Part shown: positions 1 through 11,086 of the stretch, piece by piece
Numbering within the stretch: the first letter of the stretch is position 1
How the letters are laid out: each line of letters starts with the position of its first letter
Origin: an uncultured virus (IMG/VR IMGVR_UViG_2061766007_002278)
Taxonomy: Duplodnaviria > Heunggongvirae > Uroviricota > Caudoviricetes
IMG/VR virus record: IMGVR_UViG_2061766007_002278
DNA: 64,000 bases
Direction: 5' to 3' (one strand)
Made by a program: the position numbers and the translations under genes
The notes under the pieces: generated by a model
The model's input: the letters and a program-made list of their open reading frames with translations, nothing else
Databases searched by the model: none
What the model was told of the DNA's origin: nothing

Positions 1-184
1 CTACCTCATAGGCCGTAATCTTTCCCAAACTTCTAATTTTAAGTAAGTCGTTATAAGTAAAATTAGCAAATAGGGACAATGTCGCTTGACTGTGTGTTTC
101 GACTATATCTTCCCTCCATAGATATCGCATTAAGCAATTATAGGCTTTAACAGACAATCCTAATTCATCAAGGTGTAATTCCAT
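1..184 (-). CDS. RNA polymerase alpha-CTD-like protein (partial, cut by window edge)
   Basis: Near-identical at nucleotide level to the 5' part of 37002..37400. Confidence 0.7.
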   Translation of the reverse strand, partial: MELHLDELGLSVKAYNCLMRYLWREDIVETHSQATLSLFANFTYNDLLKIRSLGKITAYEV

Positions 185-189
185 GTCTA

Positions 190-567
190 TTAATCCCCGA
201 GTTTCTTTTCGATTACCTTTTGCAAGGCTACGAGTGGCTTCATACGAGCCTTAAGGTTATCGATTCGACTTTTGAATTCATTAATTTGATGTTGCATTTC
301 TTCGTGCATTTTCATCAATTCTTCGATTGGGGTATTTTCATCGAAAGAAAGGACTCGATAACCCTTCTTATCAGATAGCGACAAGACCGGGACATAGTTT
401 GCGAGTTCCGCGACTTTGTTTCTAATAGTGCGGTCGTCTAATTCGAAGTGAAGGGCTAATTGCTCCCTTAAGAAAATGCGGGAAGGGTCGCCCATCATAT
501 ATTGGGCGATTTCGCTTTTTTCTAAAAATTCTTTTTTGGCTTTGTTTGTTTGGTCGTAGTGTTTCAT
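190..567 (-). CDS. HTH-like DNA-binding protein with C-terminal coiled coil
   Basis: REQLALHFELDDRTIRNKVAEL resembles an HTH. Homologue of 37403..37786. Confidence 0.55.
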   Translation of the reverse strand: MKHYDQTNKAKKEFLEKSEIAQYMMGDPSRIFLREQLALHFELDDRTIRNKVAELANYVPVLSLSDKKGYRVLSFDENTPIEELMKMHEEMQHQINEFKSRIDNLKARMKPLVALQKVIEKKLGD

Positions 568-583
568 ATTTTCTCCTTTTTAA

Positions 584-1069
584 CTACTCTTGATCGGGTT
601 TGTAGTTTTTGATGTCGTCCATAATTCTATCCCAATCATCACTATTAACGCTCTCTTGCGTATTGGTTGCAACTTGTATTTTATCCAAAGGGTCGAGTTC
701 CTTTTTTGGGAGTCCTTCAGGGGCAAAGTCAACGATGCCATTGCTTTTGATATAAAGTTTATTCTCCCAATAAACGGCAAATGGGGATGCTTTCCAACTC
801 GACCTTTTAAAGCCTTTGTTATGGACAAAATATGATGTAATAAAGACTTCGCATCTATCTGGTATAACTAACAACTCGCCATTCTTTACTAGCTCATCGA
901 ACACGCCTTTATCATAGCCAAGCGAATCCAGGACGGACATTGGGTTGGCCACGAACCCATTATTAGCATAAAAGTTAAGTTTAATATAATAGAGTCGTGC
1001 CTCATTGGATATTTTGGCGAAATGGTCAGAAAAGAGATAATCGTAATTAAAGCAAGTGTAGTTTTTCAT
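584..1069 (-). CDS. Putative replication initiator / replisome organiser N-terminal domain protein
   Basis: SDHFAKISNEARLYYIKL..ANNGFVANP resembles phage replisome-organiser N-termini. Homologue of 37856..38362. Confidence 0.55.
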   Translation of the reverse strand: MKNYTCFNYDYLFSDHFAKISNEARLYYIKLNFYANNGFVANPMSVLDSLGYDKGVFDELVKNGELLVIPDRCEVFITSYFVHNKGFKRSSWKASPFAVYWENKLYIKSNGIVDFAPEGLPKKELDPLDKIQVATNTQESVNSDDWDRIMDDIKNYKPDQE

Positions 1070-1071
1070 TT

Positions 1072-2022
1072 TTAGTCTCCGATTTTTTGATATTTAAATC
1101 TTCTAACGACCTTCTCAGCGACTTCTTTTTCTGGTTCTATGTGCGCGGGAGTCACGGATGTGGTTACAGTAATGAGATACTTACCACTTAAGACCCTACT
1201 TCTATCGCCGACCTTTTCTTTGATTTGCTTATCTAAATCCTCGTAGTTTTTCTTTGATTCTTTTAGGGCATCTCTTTGGTCGATGAGTTCGTCTAATTCG
1301 TCGTCAACTTCCACGTCGGTTGGAATTGCTACTGAGTGGCCGCAGATATGAGCTAGAGGACACTTGTCGCATACGCTTTCATCGTCGATAGGATCGGGAA
1401 TTTTATCTTCCGCGACGGCCTTATTGACTCGTGTTGCTTTTTCTAACATTTCCAAGCATAGTGCCTCGTGGTCCTTTAAAAATAAATCGATAGGTTTTAA
1501 TTGGCCCGTTAATTTATTTACGATAAAGAAGAAACCTTGCTCTTTGTTAAACTTCCACATATAAGTTAATAATTGCATTGGGTATTGTCTAATGTAATAT
1601 TTCTTACTATTTAAGAAGTCTTGAATAGTGTTTAATTTGTCGTATTCAAATGGGGAGATGCCTTTAATTTCTCCAGGAACTAGCTCGCCGGTTTCTGGGT
1701 TTTTGATAAGGACATCCTCTCTACCGGTAATGAATGGGTCATCGATTTGCCAACTTCTAACGGTAGGAGTGATTACTTCGTAACCCGCCTCTTTGAGTTT
1801 GGCGATGGCGTATTCTTCCATTTTATTGCCTAAATCAAAGATGCATTGTGTGGTGGCATCGATTGGCTTTTGGTCTTCCCAATGTTTGATGAGAAGGTAT
1901 AAATAGCGTTCGCAAGGGTGACCGATATTACTAGCTCTTAAATTGTGACATGGGTAGATAGTAATCTTTGACTCAGTCGCATCGTGGATTCTTTGCGCGA
2001 TTTCTTTAGCATCGAAAGGCAT
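1072..2022 (-). CDS. Cas4-like PD-(D/E)xK exonuclease
   Basis: RASNIGHPCER, GREDVL, GEIKG, QLLTY and C-terminal CxxCxxxxxC (Fe-S cluster-type cysteines). Confidence 0.7.
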   Translation of the reverse strand: MPFDAKEIAQRIHDATESKITIYPCHNLRASNIGHPCERYLYLLIKHWEDQKPIDATTQCIFDLGNKMEEYAIAKLKEAGYEVITPTVRSWQIDDPFITGREDVLIKNPETGELVPGEIKGISPFEYDKLNTIQDFLNSKKYYIRQYPMQLLTYMWKFNKEQGFFFIVNKLTGQLKPIDLFLKDHEALCLEMLEKATRVNKAVAEDKIPDPIDDESVCDKCPLAHICGHSVAIPTDVEVDDELDELIDQRDALKESKKNYEDLDKQIKEKVGDRSRVLSGKYLITVTTSVTPAHIEPEKEVAEKVVRRFKYQKIGD

Positions 2023-2024
2023 AA

Positions 2025-2828
2025 TTAGTCCTCCTCGTCATAATTATCGACTTGAGGTTCAATTTCCGTGACGATGCCTGTTTTTCTTAATTTGCTGGCG
2101 GCAGCCTTTTTTTGACAATCGTAACAATAGATGTGGCCATTAAATTTGCCTTGGGAATAGGAGGCGGTTTTTTGGTTCACATCCTTGCCACAACCTTCGC
2201 ATTTAAATATTTCTTGTTGCTCTTCAGTTTTGCCACCTTTAGAGCCGGTTTTGAATGTGTAACCTTGAATCTTTGAAGTATCCAAACCAGCAAGTTCGAG
2301 GGTTTCTAGCTCGATATTTTTTAGGTTTGGAATGATGGATTTGATAGCGTTAGCCTTCGCGTTAGTTAAAGCGGCAATTCTAACATCACGGTCCTTGATT
2401 TCTTCTGGTTGTTTTTTCTTGTCGCCTTTACCAGTGAAAAAGTCTTCCTTCGCGGAACGTTGGCCTTCCCCTTCCACGTAAGTGCTTTTACCAAACGCTC
2501 TCACTCGGTAAGTATAAGTTTTATATCCGAGCGCGTCGGTTTCGATGATTGGGAATCCAGGGCATACTTCAAAAGAGATGCCTAATAAACTCGCCACCTT
2601 AGTGCATCCACTTTCTTGGAGATATGGTTTGCCACCAATAATCACCCAATCGTGTGGAGTGGTAACTTTCAAAGAGGCAATCATGATTTTATTAAGAGCG
2701 GCCACTCTTACTTCTGCCTCTTCCGCTAACCTAATGACATCGTTGCCATTGGTTAACTCAGTGATGTTTGCTTGAGGTTGTTGGTTCTCGACGACAACAA
2801 CATCCTTTTTTTCTTCGACATTTGACAT
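2025..2828 (-). CDS. Putative single-strand annealing protein with C-terminal zinc ribbon
   Basis: Adjacent to the exonuclease. VEGEG..AALTNAKANAI is reminiscent of Rad52/Sak-like SSAPs. CEGC...CYDC motif. Confidence 0.5.
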   Translation of the reverse strand: MSNVEEKKDVVVVENQQPQANITELTNGNDVIRLAEEAEVRVAALNKIMIASLKVTTPHDWVIIGGKPYLQESGCTKVASLLGISFEVCPGFPIIETDALGYKTYTYRVRAFGKSTYVEGEGQRSAKEDFFTGKGDKKKQPEEIKDRDVRIAALTNAKANAIKSIIPNLKNIELETLELAGLDTSKIQGYTFKTGSKGGKTEEQQEIFKCEGCGKDVNQKTASYSQGKFNGHIYCYDCQKKAAASKLRKTGIVTEIEPQVDNYDEED

Positions 2829-2882
2829 TTATATATCCTCCTTTTATGTCTATGTTCAAAGGGGCTATTTAAAGCCCCTATT

Positions 2883-3137
2883 TTAATCTATTTCTGCGCC
2901 CATGATATTGGCGGCATCGCAAAGGGCCAGGAGCCTCGCTTGGGCTACTTGGACTCTTGGGTCATCCTCGACCTTTTTGTAGTAGGCGACCCAATCGCTC
3001 TCTTTGAGTCCTGGGTTGGCTTTTCTGACCTCGTATTTGACTTTGTTTTCTACGTTGCAGAATTCTTGGCGGGCCTTTCTTATTTCTTGGGTTAGGGCCT
3101 CGCGCCTTTGGGTTAGTGTGGGTTTTACTACTGCCAT
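2883..3137 (-). CDS. Hypothetical early protein
   Basis: ORF with AGGAGG RBS downstream of a TTGCAA-17-TAAATT promoter. Confidence 0.6.
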   Translation of the reverse strand: MAVVKPTLTQRREALTQEIRKARQEFCNVENKVKYEVRKANPGLKESDWVAYYKKVEDDPRVQVAQARLLALCDAANIMGAEID

Positions 3138-3173
3138 GCTATTTCCTCCTTGCTTTGGCTTTTTAGCACCACT

Positions 3174-3203
3174 AATTTAGCGTTTTGTTTTATAGGTTGC
3201 AAC
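3174..3203 (-). promoter_or_regulatory. Sigma70-type early promoter with GTTGCAAC palindrome at -35
   Basis: Minus strand reads TTGCAA-17 nt-TAAATT. Confidence 0.55.
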
Positions 3204-3249
3204 TTATATTTTAATTTTGTCGGCACTCATGCTCAACGCACACACATAC

Positions 3250-3345
3250 GATTTAATTTAATTTAATTGAATAGAATTGAAATTAAAAGAATAGAAATTA
3301 ACGAATAGTAAATTACTATTCAAAAAGATATAAAAATAGAAAAAA
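3250..3345. repeat. AT-rich region with ~5-bp periodicity between the divergent arms
   Basis: atttaatttaatttaattgaatagaattgaaattaaaagaatagaa. A similar tract lies at 41921-41999. Confidence 0.5.
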
Positions 3346-3474
3346 GGTTTATTGGCTTTTTATATATATTTATATAACTACGTTAAAATGGTATAGTTTG
3401 ACCCTTAATTTATAGCAAAATAGTCCACTTTTATATTGGTTCTTGTGTATTTTAGTGGTTTTCGATACAATAAT

Positions 3475-3540
3475 CGTGGAGATTTGGTTTTCTCAATTTG
3501 CTCGTTTACTCCTTGTCAATGGGCCACCAAGTCTCCTTTT
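3475..3540 (+). ncRNA. Candidate small hairpin RNA with anti-Shine-Dalgarno loop
   Basis: Promoter TTGTGT(3443)-17-TACAAT(3466). Stem 3478-3488 pairs with 3526-3536, followed by TTTT. Loop contains GTTTACTCCTT. Confidence 0.4.
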
Positions 3541-3684
3541 ATATAACAAGATATATAAATAAAATAATAATAACGTGTAAAGGTAGATCGGGAGCGCAAC
3601 TACTCGAATAAATGGCCTCACGTTTTTATTTTGAAAAGCGAAAAAATCGTGTTAAAGTAATAGAGAATTGAGAGACTATTTTTG

Positions 3685-4350
3685 ATGGCAAAAAGAAAGT
3701 TAGAAATAAATAAAACCGACGAAGAACTCAAGGTTCTATACGACTCACTCAGAACGGGTGCGCCGCTCCCTCTAGCTCTACAAAGGGCCGGGATTAGTTT
3801 GGCCACATATTACTATTGGGTGGCTATTGCGTGCATCGTGTCTACTGTAAAGAACCAAGAAGAAATCGAGGAGATGGAACGACTCGCCAAAAGTGGTGTC
3901 AACGTATCAAGCATTCGTGATCTGGCCCAATTGGAATCAAGCACCAAGAAGTCAAGCGTGGGTGTTTATATTGAACCAACTGCCGAGGGTATTTTGCGTT
4001 ATAAAAACTCCTCCAGGTTTCGCGCCTTTGCGGACGAATGCTACAAGATAGTTAATGAGTGTAATAAGTTAAGGAGCGACTTTGCGGTTTTACAACTAAA
4101 TCAGATCGCGCTCTCTACCAAGAAAGAACGCAACATTAACCCAAGCGGCGCGATGTGGTTCTTGGAACGCAACCTCCCGGATTACTTCGCTAAACCAAGC
4201 GATAAACCTAAAGACGAAGAAAAAGGCGACATGACGGGCGTTCCTGCTATTGAGGTGGAATTTATCGACCCAGGCACAAGTGACTCGCGACAACGCCTAT
4301 TAGATATGGAAGAAAAAATCCTCAATGAACAAAAAGGAGGCAAGGCATAG
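3685..4350 (+). CDS. terS: Terminase small subunit (putative)
   Basis: N-terminal HTH, AMWFLER motif, position immediately before terL. Confidence 0.65.
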   Translation: MAKRKLEINKTDEELKVLYDSLRTGAPLPLALQRAGISLATYYYWVAIACIVSTVKNQEEIEEMERLAKSGVNVSSIRDLAQLESSTKKSSVGVYIEPTAEGILRYKNSSRFRAFADECYKIVNECNKLRSDFAVLQLNQIALSTKKERNINPSGAMWFLERNLPDYFAKPSDKPKDEEKGDMTGVPAIEVEFIDPGTSDSRQRLLDMEEKILNEQKGGKA

Positions 4351-5772
4351 TGGCTACGAAAATCGCGATGCCACTATTTTGTAAGCAAATATTAGAAAGC
4401 GACAAACCTTATTATTTACTGTATGGTGGTCGTTTAGGTGGCAAGACAAACAATACCGCTAAAATTGGCACGATTACGATGCTAATGTATCCATACTTTG
4501 ATGTGGTCGTGGCTCGTGTTTCCTATGGTTCGTTAGGCGACTCCTCTTACGCTGAATTCAGATCAGCTTTGGAAGATATGGGCCAAAACGTGGCCGATCA
4601 ATTTTCGTTTAAAAAATCCCCTTTGCGTATAGAAAGAAAAGGCAACGCGGGAACTGTATATTTTATTGGTTATGGTGGCTCTAATACGAGCAGAACCAAA
4701 TCTATCAAACCAAAGCATAAAATTAAAGTAGTAATACTCGAAGAAACCCAGGAACTAAAAAACGAGGAGAACCTAAACCAAGCCCTCGCATCTTTCCGTC
4801 GTCACTTTGGCGAAGACGTCAAAGTTTTTATACTTGGCAACCCTTACCCACAAAAGGTCCATTGGTTCTCCAAGTTTATCGAGGCGCACAAGTTTGACCC
4901 AGATTGGATGGTTTTAAACGTTACTTACCTCGACATCCTTCCTTTCATCAACGACTACGACCTAAAAGAAATCCTCAAGATGAAACGCGACAACTACGAG
5001 TATTATAAATGGTTCTATTTAGGCGAAATGACGGGTGGTTTTGGTATGGTCTATCCTATGTTTAGGGAGGAGAAATACGTTATCACCGCCAACGAGTGGG
5101 AGTATGTATTGTCGCACTCTAATATAAGGCCCGTTGGCTTGCTAATAGGTGGCGATGGAGCGGTCAACAACGACTGCACTTCCTTCGTGCCTGGAATACT
5201 ACTAAACAATGGACAAATGGTGATCGGACCTATTTTCAATCACGACCCAAAACGCGATGGAACGCTTGGTTATCACCAGCTCGTGCAAAATATGGTTATA
5301 TATTGGTTTGAAAAGGTATGTGGTATGTTTAACCTTGGCACTATCGCGGAGCATAGAATGATGCCNNNNNNNNNNTTTGGTCCAAGAGTGTCGATTCTTT
5401 ATGGGCGACAGAGCTAGTATAGGCCCTTGCAAAAAGGAACACGTGCCTCAAATGGTCTCTACCGTTCAAAGCGCGATTCTTAACGAAAATATAGTCATTA
5501 TTGACTATGGTGGCACTTGGAATTACACTACAAATCAATTTATAAAACATAAAACTAACCTATTAGTGGAGCAACTACTCTCCCTTATTTGGAACGAAAA
5601 GCAGGACAATTACGACCCAAGCGTTCCAAACGATACGAGTGATGCCTTCACTTACCTTGTTAATTCGTGGTATAAAAACCCCGAGAATATTCAATATTTC
5701 AATATTGCAAAAACTATGAATAGACAAACACTTTTAATAAGTGATATTCTTAAAGAAAGGAGTAAACAGTAA
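4350..5772 (+). CDS. terL: Terminase large subunit (split by N-gap near 5366)
   Basis: Walker A GGRLGGKT, Walker B-like VILEE, GNP coupling motif, nuclease GGDG and DxxDA motifs. Confidence 0.9.
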
Positions 5773-5773
5773 T

Positions 5774-6283
5774 ATGTTAGACGAAAAAGAAACCGCCATC
5801 GGTGGCGAAGAAACAACCGAACAAAAAGAACAAGTGGAAGAATCCCTCAGTGAAGAAGAATTAGCCCAAAAGAGGGAAGAATCCAAAAAGGCCATTTTGG
5901 AGGCCATTAAAAAGGACGTTATATCAAAGTCCGGCATGAGCGAACAAGACGCGGATATGGCCCTAGAAATGCTCGAAGAGGCCGACATGCCTATTGGCTT
6001 AACCGACGAGGATTTCAAACTTGGCCGTCGCGAGCTAGATATTAGAAAGTTAAGCGACGAAAACTACAAACAGATCATTTTTAGAACCTTATTGACTCAA
6101 GGTGTATGGTTAAGAAACGTCTCCCAATTACTCATTGACTTGATTCGACTTATTTACGTCGAACTCGATGCCATTGGTGTAAAAGACATCCTTCATACAA
6201 GCGACAAGGTTCTCGCTAAAATCAACAACGAACAACGCGAACTTGTGAAAGAACAAATATTAAAAGCTAGTAAAAAGAACTAA
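5774..6283 (+). CDS. Conserved hypothetical helical protein between terL and portal
   Basis: RBS AAGGAG. Homologue 44444..44953 shares MPIGLTxxDFKLG..ELDIR. Confidence 0.65.
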   Translation: MLDEKETAIGGEETTEQKEQVEESLSEEELAQKREESKKAILEAIKKDVISKSGMSEQDADMALEMLEEADMPIGLTDEDFKLGRRELDIRKLSDENYKQIIFRTLLTQGVWLRNVSQLLIDLIRLIYVELDAIGVKDILHTSDKVLAKINNEQRELVKEQILKASKKN

Positions 6284-6301
6284 TAAACTCGGAGGCGCAA
6301 A

Positions 6302-8273
6302 ATGGCAGACGAAAAAGAAAACACCCAACACGTAGAAACGCAAGTCGAACCTTTAAACGTATCTTCATGGCAAAGTAGTGTGGCGGCCGCGGTCAACCAG
6401 ACTTATTCATATACAAACTCATCGCTTTTTTGCGCTGTAATCGCGGGCTATTACAAAGACTATGCGTATCGTTATATTTTAACCGCTTGTCAATGGCTCG
6501 ATGGCTACGTGCCACGCATTCACTATCCTAGCTCAGGCATCATGTCTACCCATATCGCCGGGGCTTTAATCAATGGCCTTGCAAGAACTATCACAGGCGA
6601 GAAACTAGTTTATAAAATTAGGGGCGACAAAACCCCAGAGGCTATGCAAACCCTCGAATTTATCTCCGAGTGGAGCGATGCTAACAATATTAAACGTCCC
6701 GTTAAGAACGCAATCGCGTTTTCACAGGCTATTGGCACATCCTTGATAAAAGCCAACGTGCGCAGCGTAGGAGAAGAAAAAAAGAAAGTATGGTGGGAGG
6801 CAGTTCGCTTTGATAACGCGTTTTATTTAGCGGATGCATCAAACGAAGTCTACGATGCCGAGTTTTTACTTCGCACCTATACCGACACCAGAACGAAAGG
6901 GAACGAAAGCGCGGCCAAGACTCAATTCTATCTTACCGAGCATCGTTTCTATGAATACTCAAAAGGCAAAATTAGACAAAACCCAGATGGCACCTCTACA
7001 GTAATCGAAAAGAAAGGCGACAAAATCGCCAAGGTAGAGTTTAGAGTGCATCGTGCGGAAGGCCAATCCCTAAACAATACAATGTCGAGTGGTGTTGGCA
7101 GATCATCCGTGGGTTGGACTGAAATCCCGGAAGACGTCCGCAAACTAATCAAGCGCGATTACTCGATTATTCGTATCAACGAACCAACAAACCTCCCATT
7201 CCCNNNNNNNNNNCGGTATTGGCAGATCATCCGTGGGTTGGACCGAAATCCCAGAAGACGTCCGCAAACTAATCAAACGCGATTACTCGATTATTCGTAT
7301 CAACGAACCAACAAACCTCCCATTCCCTAACTTGGCGGTGGAAGTTTTAATCAACGATGATGGCGACATTACCGTTCCAACAGGCACCAACTTTGGTCGT
7401 AGTCTTATCGTTCCAATCGTAGACGATTTAATTATCTACGAAGTCGCGGAATCCTACCACTTACGTGACCTATATTTAGGCAAAGGCACAGTTTATATTC
7501 CAAAAGCCCTCTCGCTTGGCGACTTAAGTATGCCTCAACCACAAAAGAAAATCGACCAAGCCCCAGGTTCTATGGATGGTGTTGCGTTCGTTTCTGATGC
7601 GCGTAACTACGAACCACCAAAGACCAACTCGGTGGGCTATGTAAATCCAAACCCATTAAACTTACCAAACGACCAATTCGAGCAAATTCCAGGAACCGAC
7701 CCTCAAGAGCAACAATTAGTCGTTAACCAATTTAATCTTCGTATCCCAGAATGGGAGGCGGCACAAGAAAACTGCCTTAAACGTATCGCTGTGAAGTGGG
7801 GCATGAGTCCTAAAATTTTATCCTCATTCTTGGCCCAAGGCACAGTTCAAATGACCGCTACTCAAATCGACTCTGAAGACGATATTTCTATCGCGTTTAT
7901 TAATCAAGCGCGTGCTATCTTCAAAGTGGCCATTAATAGGCTTTTAGAAACAACCCTTAACTTCTATGGCAAGCCACACAACGTAGACATTGACTTCGCA
8001 AGCCCAAGCATCGTTAATAAAGACCGTATCCTTGACCGAGTTATTAAGAAACTCGAGGCGGGCCTAATCAATATCGAACAAGCCATCCGCGAAATCAACC
8101 CAGACTTGGACGAAAAGACTCTCCAAGCTAGAGTCAATGAGGCAAAGCAAGAACAAATGATGCAAATGCTCGCAGCCCAACAAGAAATGAACGAAATGGG
8201 CGAGTTTGAAAACAACGATGGCGATTTAGGTGGGGAGAACCTTAAAGGTTCCACGTTGCCAGCGCAAGGCTAA
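6302..8273 (+). CDS. Portal protein (N-gap with duplicated flank near 7204)
   Basis: Position after terL, size, QMTATQI motif typical of SPP1-like portals. Homologue 44977..46804. Confidence 0.8.
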
Positions 8274-8312
8274 TTTGCTTATTTGTAGAAAAAAGCATCA
8301 AAAGGAGAAAAT

Positions 8313-8600
8313 ATGAAAAAATTATTATTATTAACTACGTTATTACTTACAGTCGCGTGTTCCGCCAATATTGAAACCCCAACTATCGACACGTCATACA
8401 AAAATTATGCGGAAATTATCCAAAAAGAAATGAGCGCGGACGATTGGTGCTATACCTACAAAAAGGTCGAACCAAGCGATCGGAACGCTTACATCCTCGA
8501 CTTCTATGTTTTCGAGCCAAGTCGTAGTTATTCACAATGGTATTGCTACAAATCCGATCAAGAATACAAGTGCGACAGGCTATTTATCAACCACTTATAA
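8313..8600 (+). CDS. Small lipoprotein
   Basis: MKK + hydrophobic stretch + lipobox-like TVAC. Absent from unit B. Confidence 0.65.
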   Translation: MKKLLLLTTLLLTVACSANIETPTIDTSYKNYAEIIQKEMSADDWCYTYKKVEPSDRNAYILDFYVFEPSRSYSQWYCYKSDQEYKCDRLFINHL

Positions 8601-8603
8601 AAT

Positions 8604-8975
8604 ATGGCAACTTTTAAGAACCCAATTGACAATGCTAACGCTATTTTAAGACAAGAGCGTTATAATAAAATCTATGATGGATTAAAAAACGCTGGTTTTG
8701 ATGCGTATAAGGATGATGATAGTATTATCTCGGCTTATGATGATGGCGATGCAGTTCGTGAGTTCCGCGTTGGAATTGGCGACAACGATGTTACTTTCAA
8801 AGACCTTCATATTGATGAAAAATATCGTGGCCAAGGATATGGGAATCGCCTTATTAGTGCAGTTTTAAATTCTATCGAGCCAAACAGCGATGTAAATGTC
8901 GAGAATAGCATAAACGATGAGTTTTGGAATCATATCGCTAAAAAATACCCCAACTATAAATGGAGATATAAATAA
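8604..8975 (+). CDS. KxP-tagged protein with GNAT acetyltransferase-like domain
   Basis: N-terminus MATFKNPIDNANAIL. Acetyl-CoA-binding motif IDEKYRGQGYGNRLI. Confidence 0.7.
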   Translation: MATFKNPIDNANAILRQERYNKIYDGLKNAGFDAYKDDDSIISAYDDGDAVREFRVGIGDNDVTFKDLHIDEKYRGQGYGNRLISAVLNSIEPNSDVNVENSINDEFWNHIAKKYPNYKWRYK

Positions 8976-10283
8976 TGGCAACTAACGATTTATATCAATC
9001 AACCTTTATGCCTGTATTTCAAAAGGCCGAGACCAAGATTAAACTTCTTATCTTGGCGGCTTTTTTATATAGCACTTCGCTCCTAGCTTTGCGAAACGAA
9101 ATCGATGGTGTTATCAAGTGGGTGGGAACGCAAATCCCAAAACAACTCAATAATAAAATGGCCTANNNNNNNNNNGAATCTCTAACTGAATTGCGCCTCA
9201 AAATAGACGGTGTAATAAAGTGGGTGGGAACGCAAATCCCAAAACAACTCAATAATAAAATGGCCTATATTAGAGGCCTAAAAGCGACAAGCGAACGTTT
9301 TATTCTTCTCTACTATAAAAAGCCACAAATCGCTTATAAAGTAGCAAAAGAGGACCTTTTACAAAGTGTGCCTCCTGGAGTAAAGCCACCAAAAATAGAG
9401 AATCCACAACAATTGCTCGATTTTACTTCAAAGCCAAAGGATATGTGGGCCGAGGCGAAAGCCACCCCAAACATAGTGAACTATCCAAAAGAAGTGAAAA
9501 AGAAAATGGAGGACCTAGCTCAAGCCCCGGCGACTACTTACGAACCAGGCAAAAAGCCGATCAGCTTATGGCAAAAGGCGGAACTTGACGTTAGNNNNNN
9601 NNNNGTGGGCCGAGGCGAAGGCTACACCAAACGTGGTCAACTACTCAAAGGAAGTTAGAAAGAAAATCGACGAATTATCCCAAGCCCCGGCGACAACACT
9701 AGAGCCAGGCAAAAAGCCGATCAGCTTATGGCAAAAGGCGGAACTTGACGTTAGATACGAAGGCCAAATGAAAATGCTCGATGATCTGAAAGCGCAAGGA
9801 GTCCAATATGCGTGGACCTCAAGCCACCCCGATTGCTCTAAAAGGTGCGAACCTTGGCAAGGCAAACTTATGGACCTAACCAACCACGCAAAAGGGCCAA
9901 ACCATCAAGTTACCACTATCGATGGACACCCGGTCTACTCCCTGGTCGATATTATGGCGAAAGTCGACAAGTATGGTTACAACAACAATATTATTTGCGG
10001 GTTCAATTGTCGCCATAGACTTATCCCCTATAAAAAGGGCCAATATGGGCCTAAAGAATACACCGAGCAAGACGTGGCAAAGCAAAGGGCTATTGAAGAA
10101 CACATCCGCCTTATGGAGCGGGAGATTCGCAAACTAAAAACCCAAGCCCTACTTTTTGAAAAGTCAGGCCAAATAAAGATTGCACACGCAATAAGAAAAC
10201 GTGTTAATATATTAGTATCAAAATATAAAGCGTTCTGTGAGTCGCATGGTTACTCTTGGAACGAATATCGAATAAATATCTAA
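8975..10283 (+). CDS. Minor capsid protein (MuF / SPP1 gp7-related), broken by N-gaps with duplications
   Basis: SSHPDCSKRCEPWQGK and GFNCRH motifs. Intact homologue 46897..48000. Confidence 0.8.
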
Positions 10284-10346
10284 TTGTCGTTGCAACTAAT
10301 AAAAAAGGATGCAACCATTAGAACGTATGAAAAGGAGAACCAAAAA

Positions 10347-11075
10347 ATGGCATTCAAAAGTCCAATCCAACAAGCGCAAGCATTAGTCCTTGCGAACCCA
10401 ACAGATCAAAACGCACAAGCCCCAATCATCCAAGCCAAACCTCAAAGATTCACTCGTAGACCAAGATTAGAAGATTATGGCTTACAATATGGCGAAGGTC
10501 CTTACAAAAAATATAAAGATGCGTATTATTACAGCGAACCAAATGATATTGATGCTGAAATCGCGGGATTGAAAGAAAGCATCGCAAACAATCCAAACGA
10601 TGAGTGGAGATTAAAATATAGCCAAGAACGTCTTGATGCTTTATCTGACCCAAACGTTCAAAAATACATCCGCGATAGCCGCGCTTTTTCAAACCAATTT
10701 CAAAAAGATGCTGACGAATATTACCCAACCGCCAAAGATGCGATTATTAGAAAACTATTAGCCGATGGCGACCTTTATAGAAGTCACACCTATGGTGGCG
10801 AAGATGGAAGACGTCGTTTTGAAACCGATGACATTTTTGATACAATTAATGATGAATTTGGCAAAAAGTATGGATACACTGATGCAAAATATCAGGGTGA
10901 CCTTTTCTCACCGACTCGTTATAAGCATAGTGGATTTTATTCTCCATTAGGCGAAGATGAAGATATCGATAATGGCTATCGCCAAAAATACAAGAAGGCC
11001 GACTATATTGGCGAACTTTTAAGAAGTGGCGAACTTACCCTTGACGACCTCAAACGTTATATTTTAGGGAAATAG
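10347..11075 (+). CDS. KxP-tagged hypothetical protein
   Basis: RBS AAGGAG before ATG 10347. N-terminus MAFKSPIQQAQALV. Confidence 0.7.
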   Translation: MAFKSPIQQAQALVLANPTDQNAQAPIIQAKPQRFTRRPRLEDYGLQYGEGPYKKYKDAYYYSEPNDIDAEIAGLKESIANNPNDEWRLKYSQERLDALSDPNVQKYIRDSRAFSNQFQKDADEYYPTAKDAIIRKLLADGDLYRSHTYGGEDGRRRFETDDIFDTINDEFGKKYGYTDAKYQGDLFSPTRYKHSGFYSPLGEDEDIDNGYRQKYKKADYIGELLRSGELTLDDLKRYILGK

Positions 11076-11086
11076 GAGGACCTTTT

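Noticed and set aside
1072..2022. Cas4-like gene as evidence of CRISPR-Cas
   Set aside because: No repeat-spacer array or other cas genes. Solo Cas4-like nucleases are common in phage recombination modules.
7095..7330. Direct repeat of about 110 bp inside the portal gene
   Set aside because: The copies flank a 10-N gap and differ at synonymous sites. Strain-bubble scaffolding artefact, not TR/VR.
9095..9755. Two internal duplications in the minor capsid gene
   Set aside because: Both flank 10-N gaps and the unit B homologue is unduplicated.
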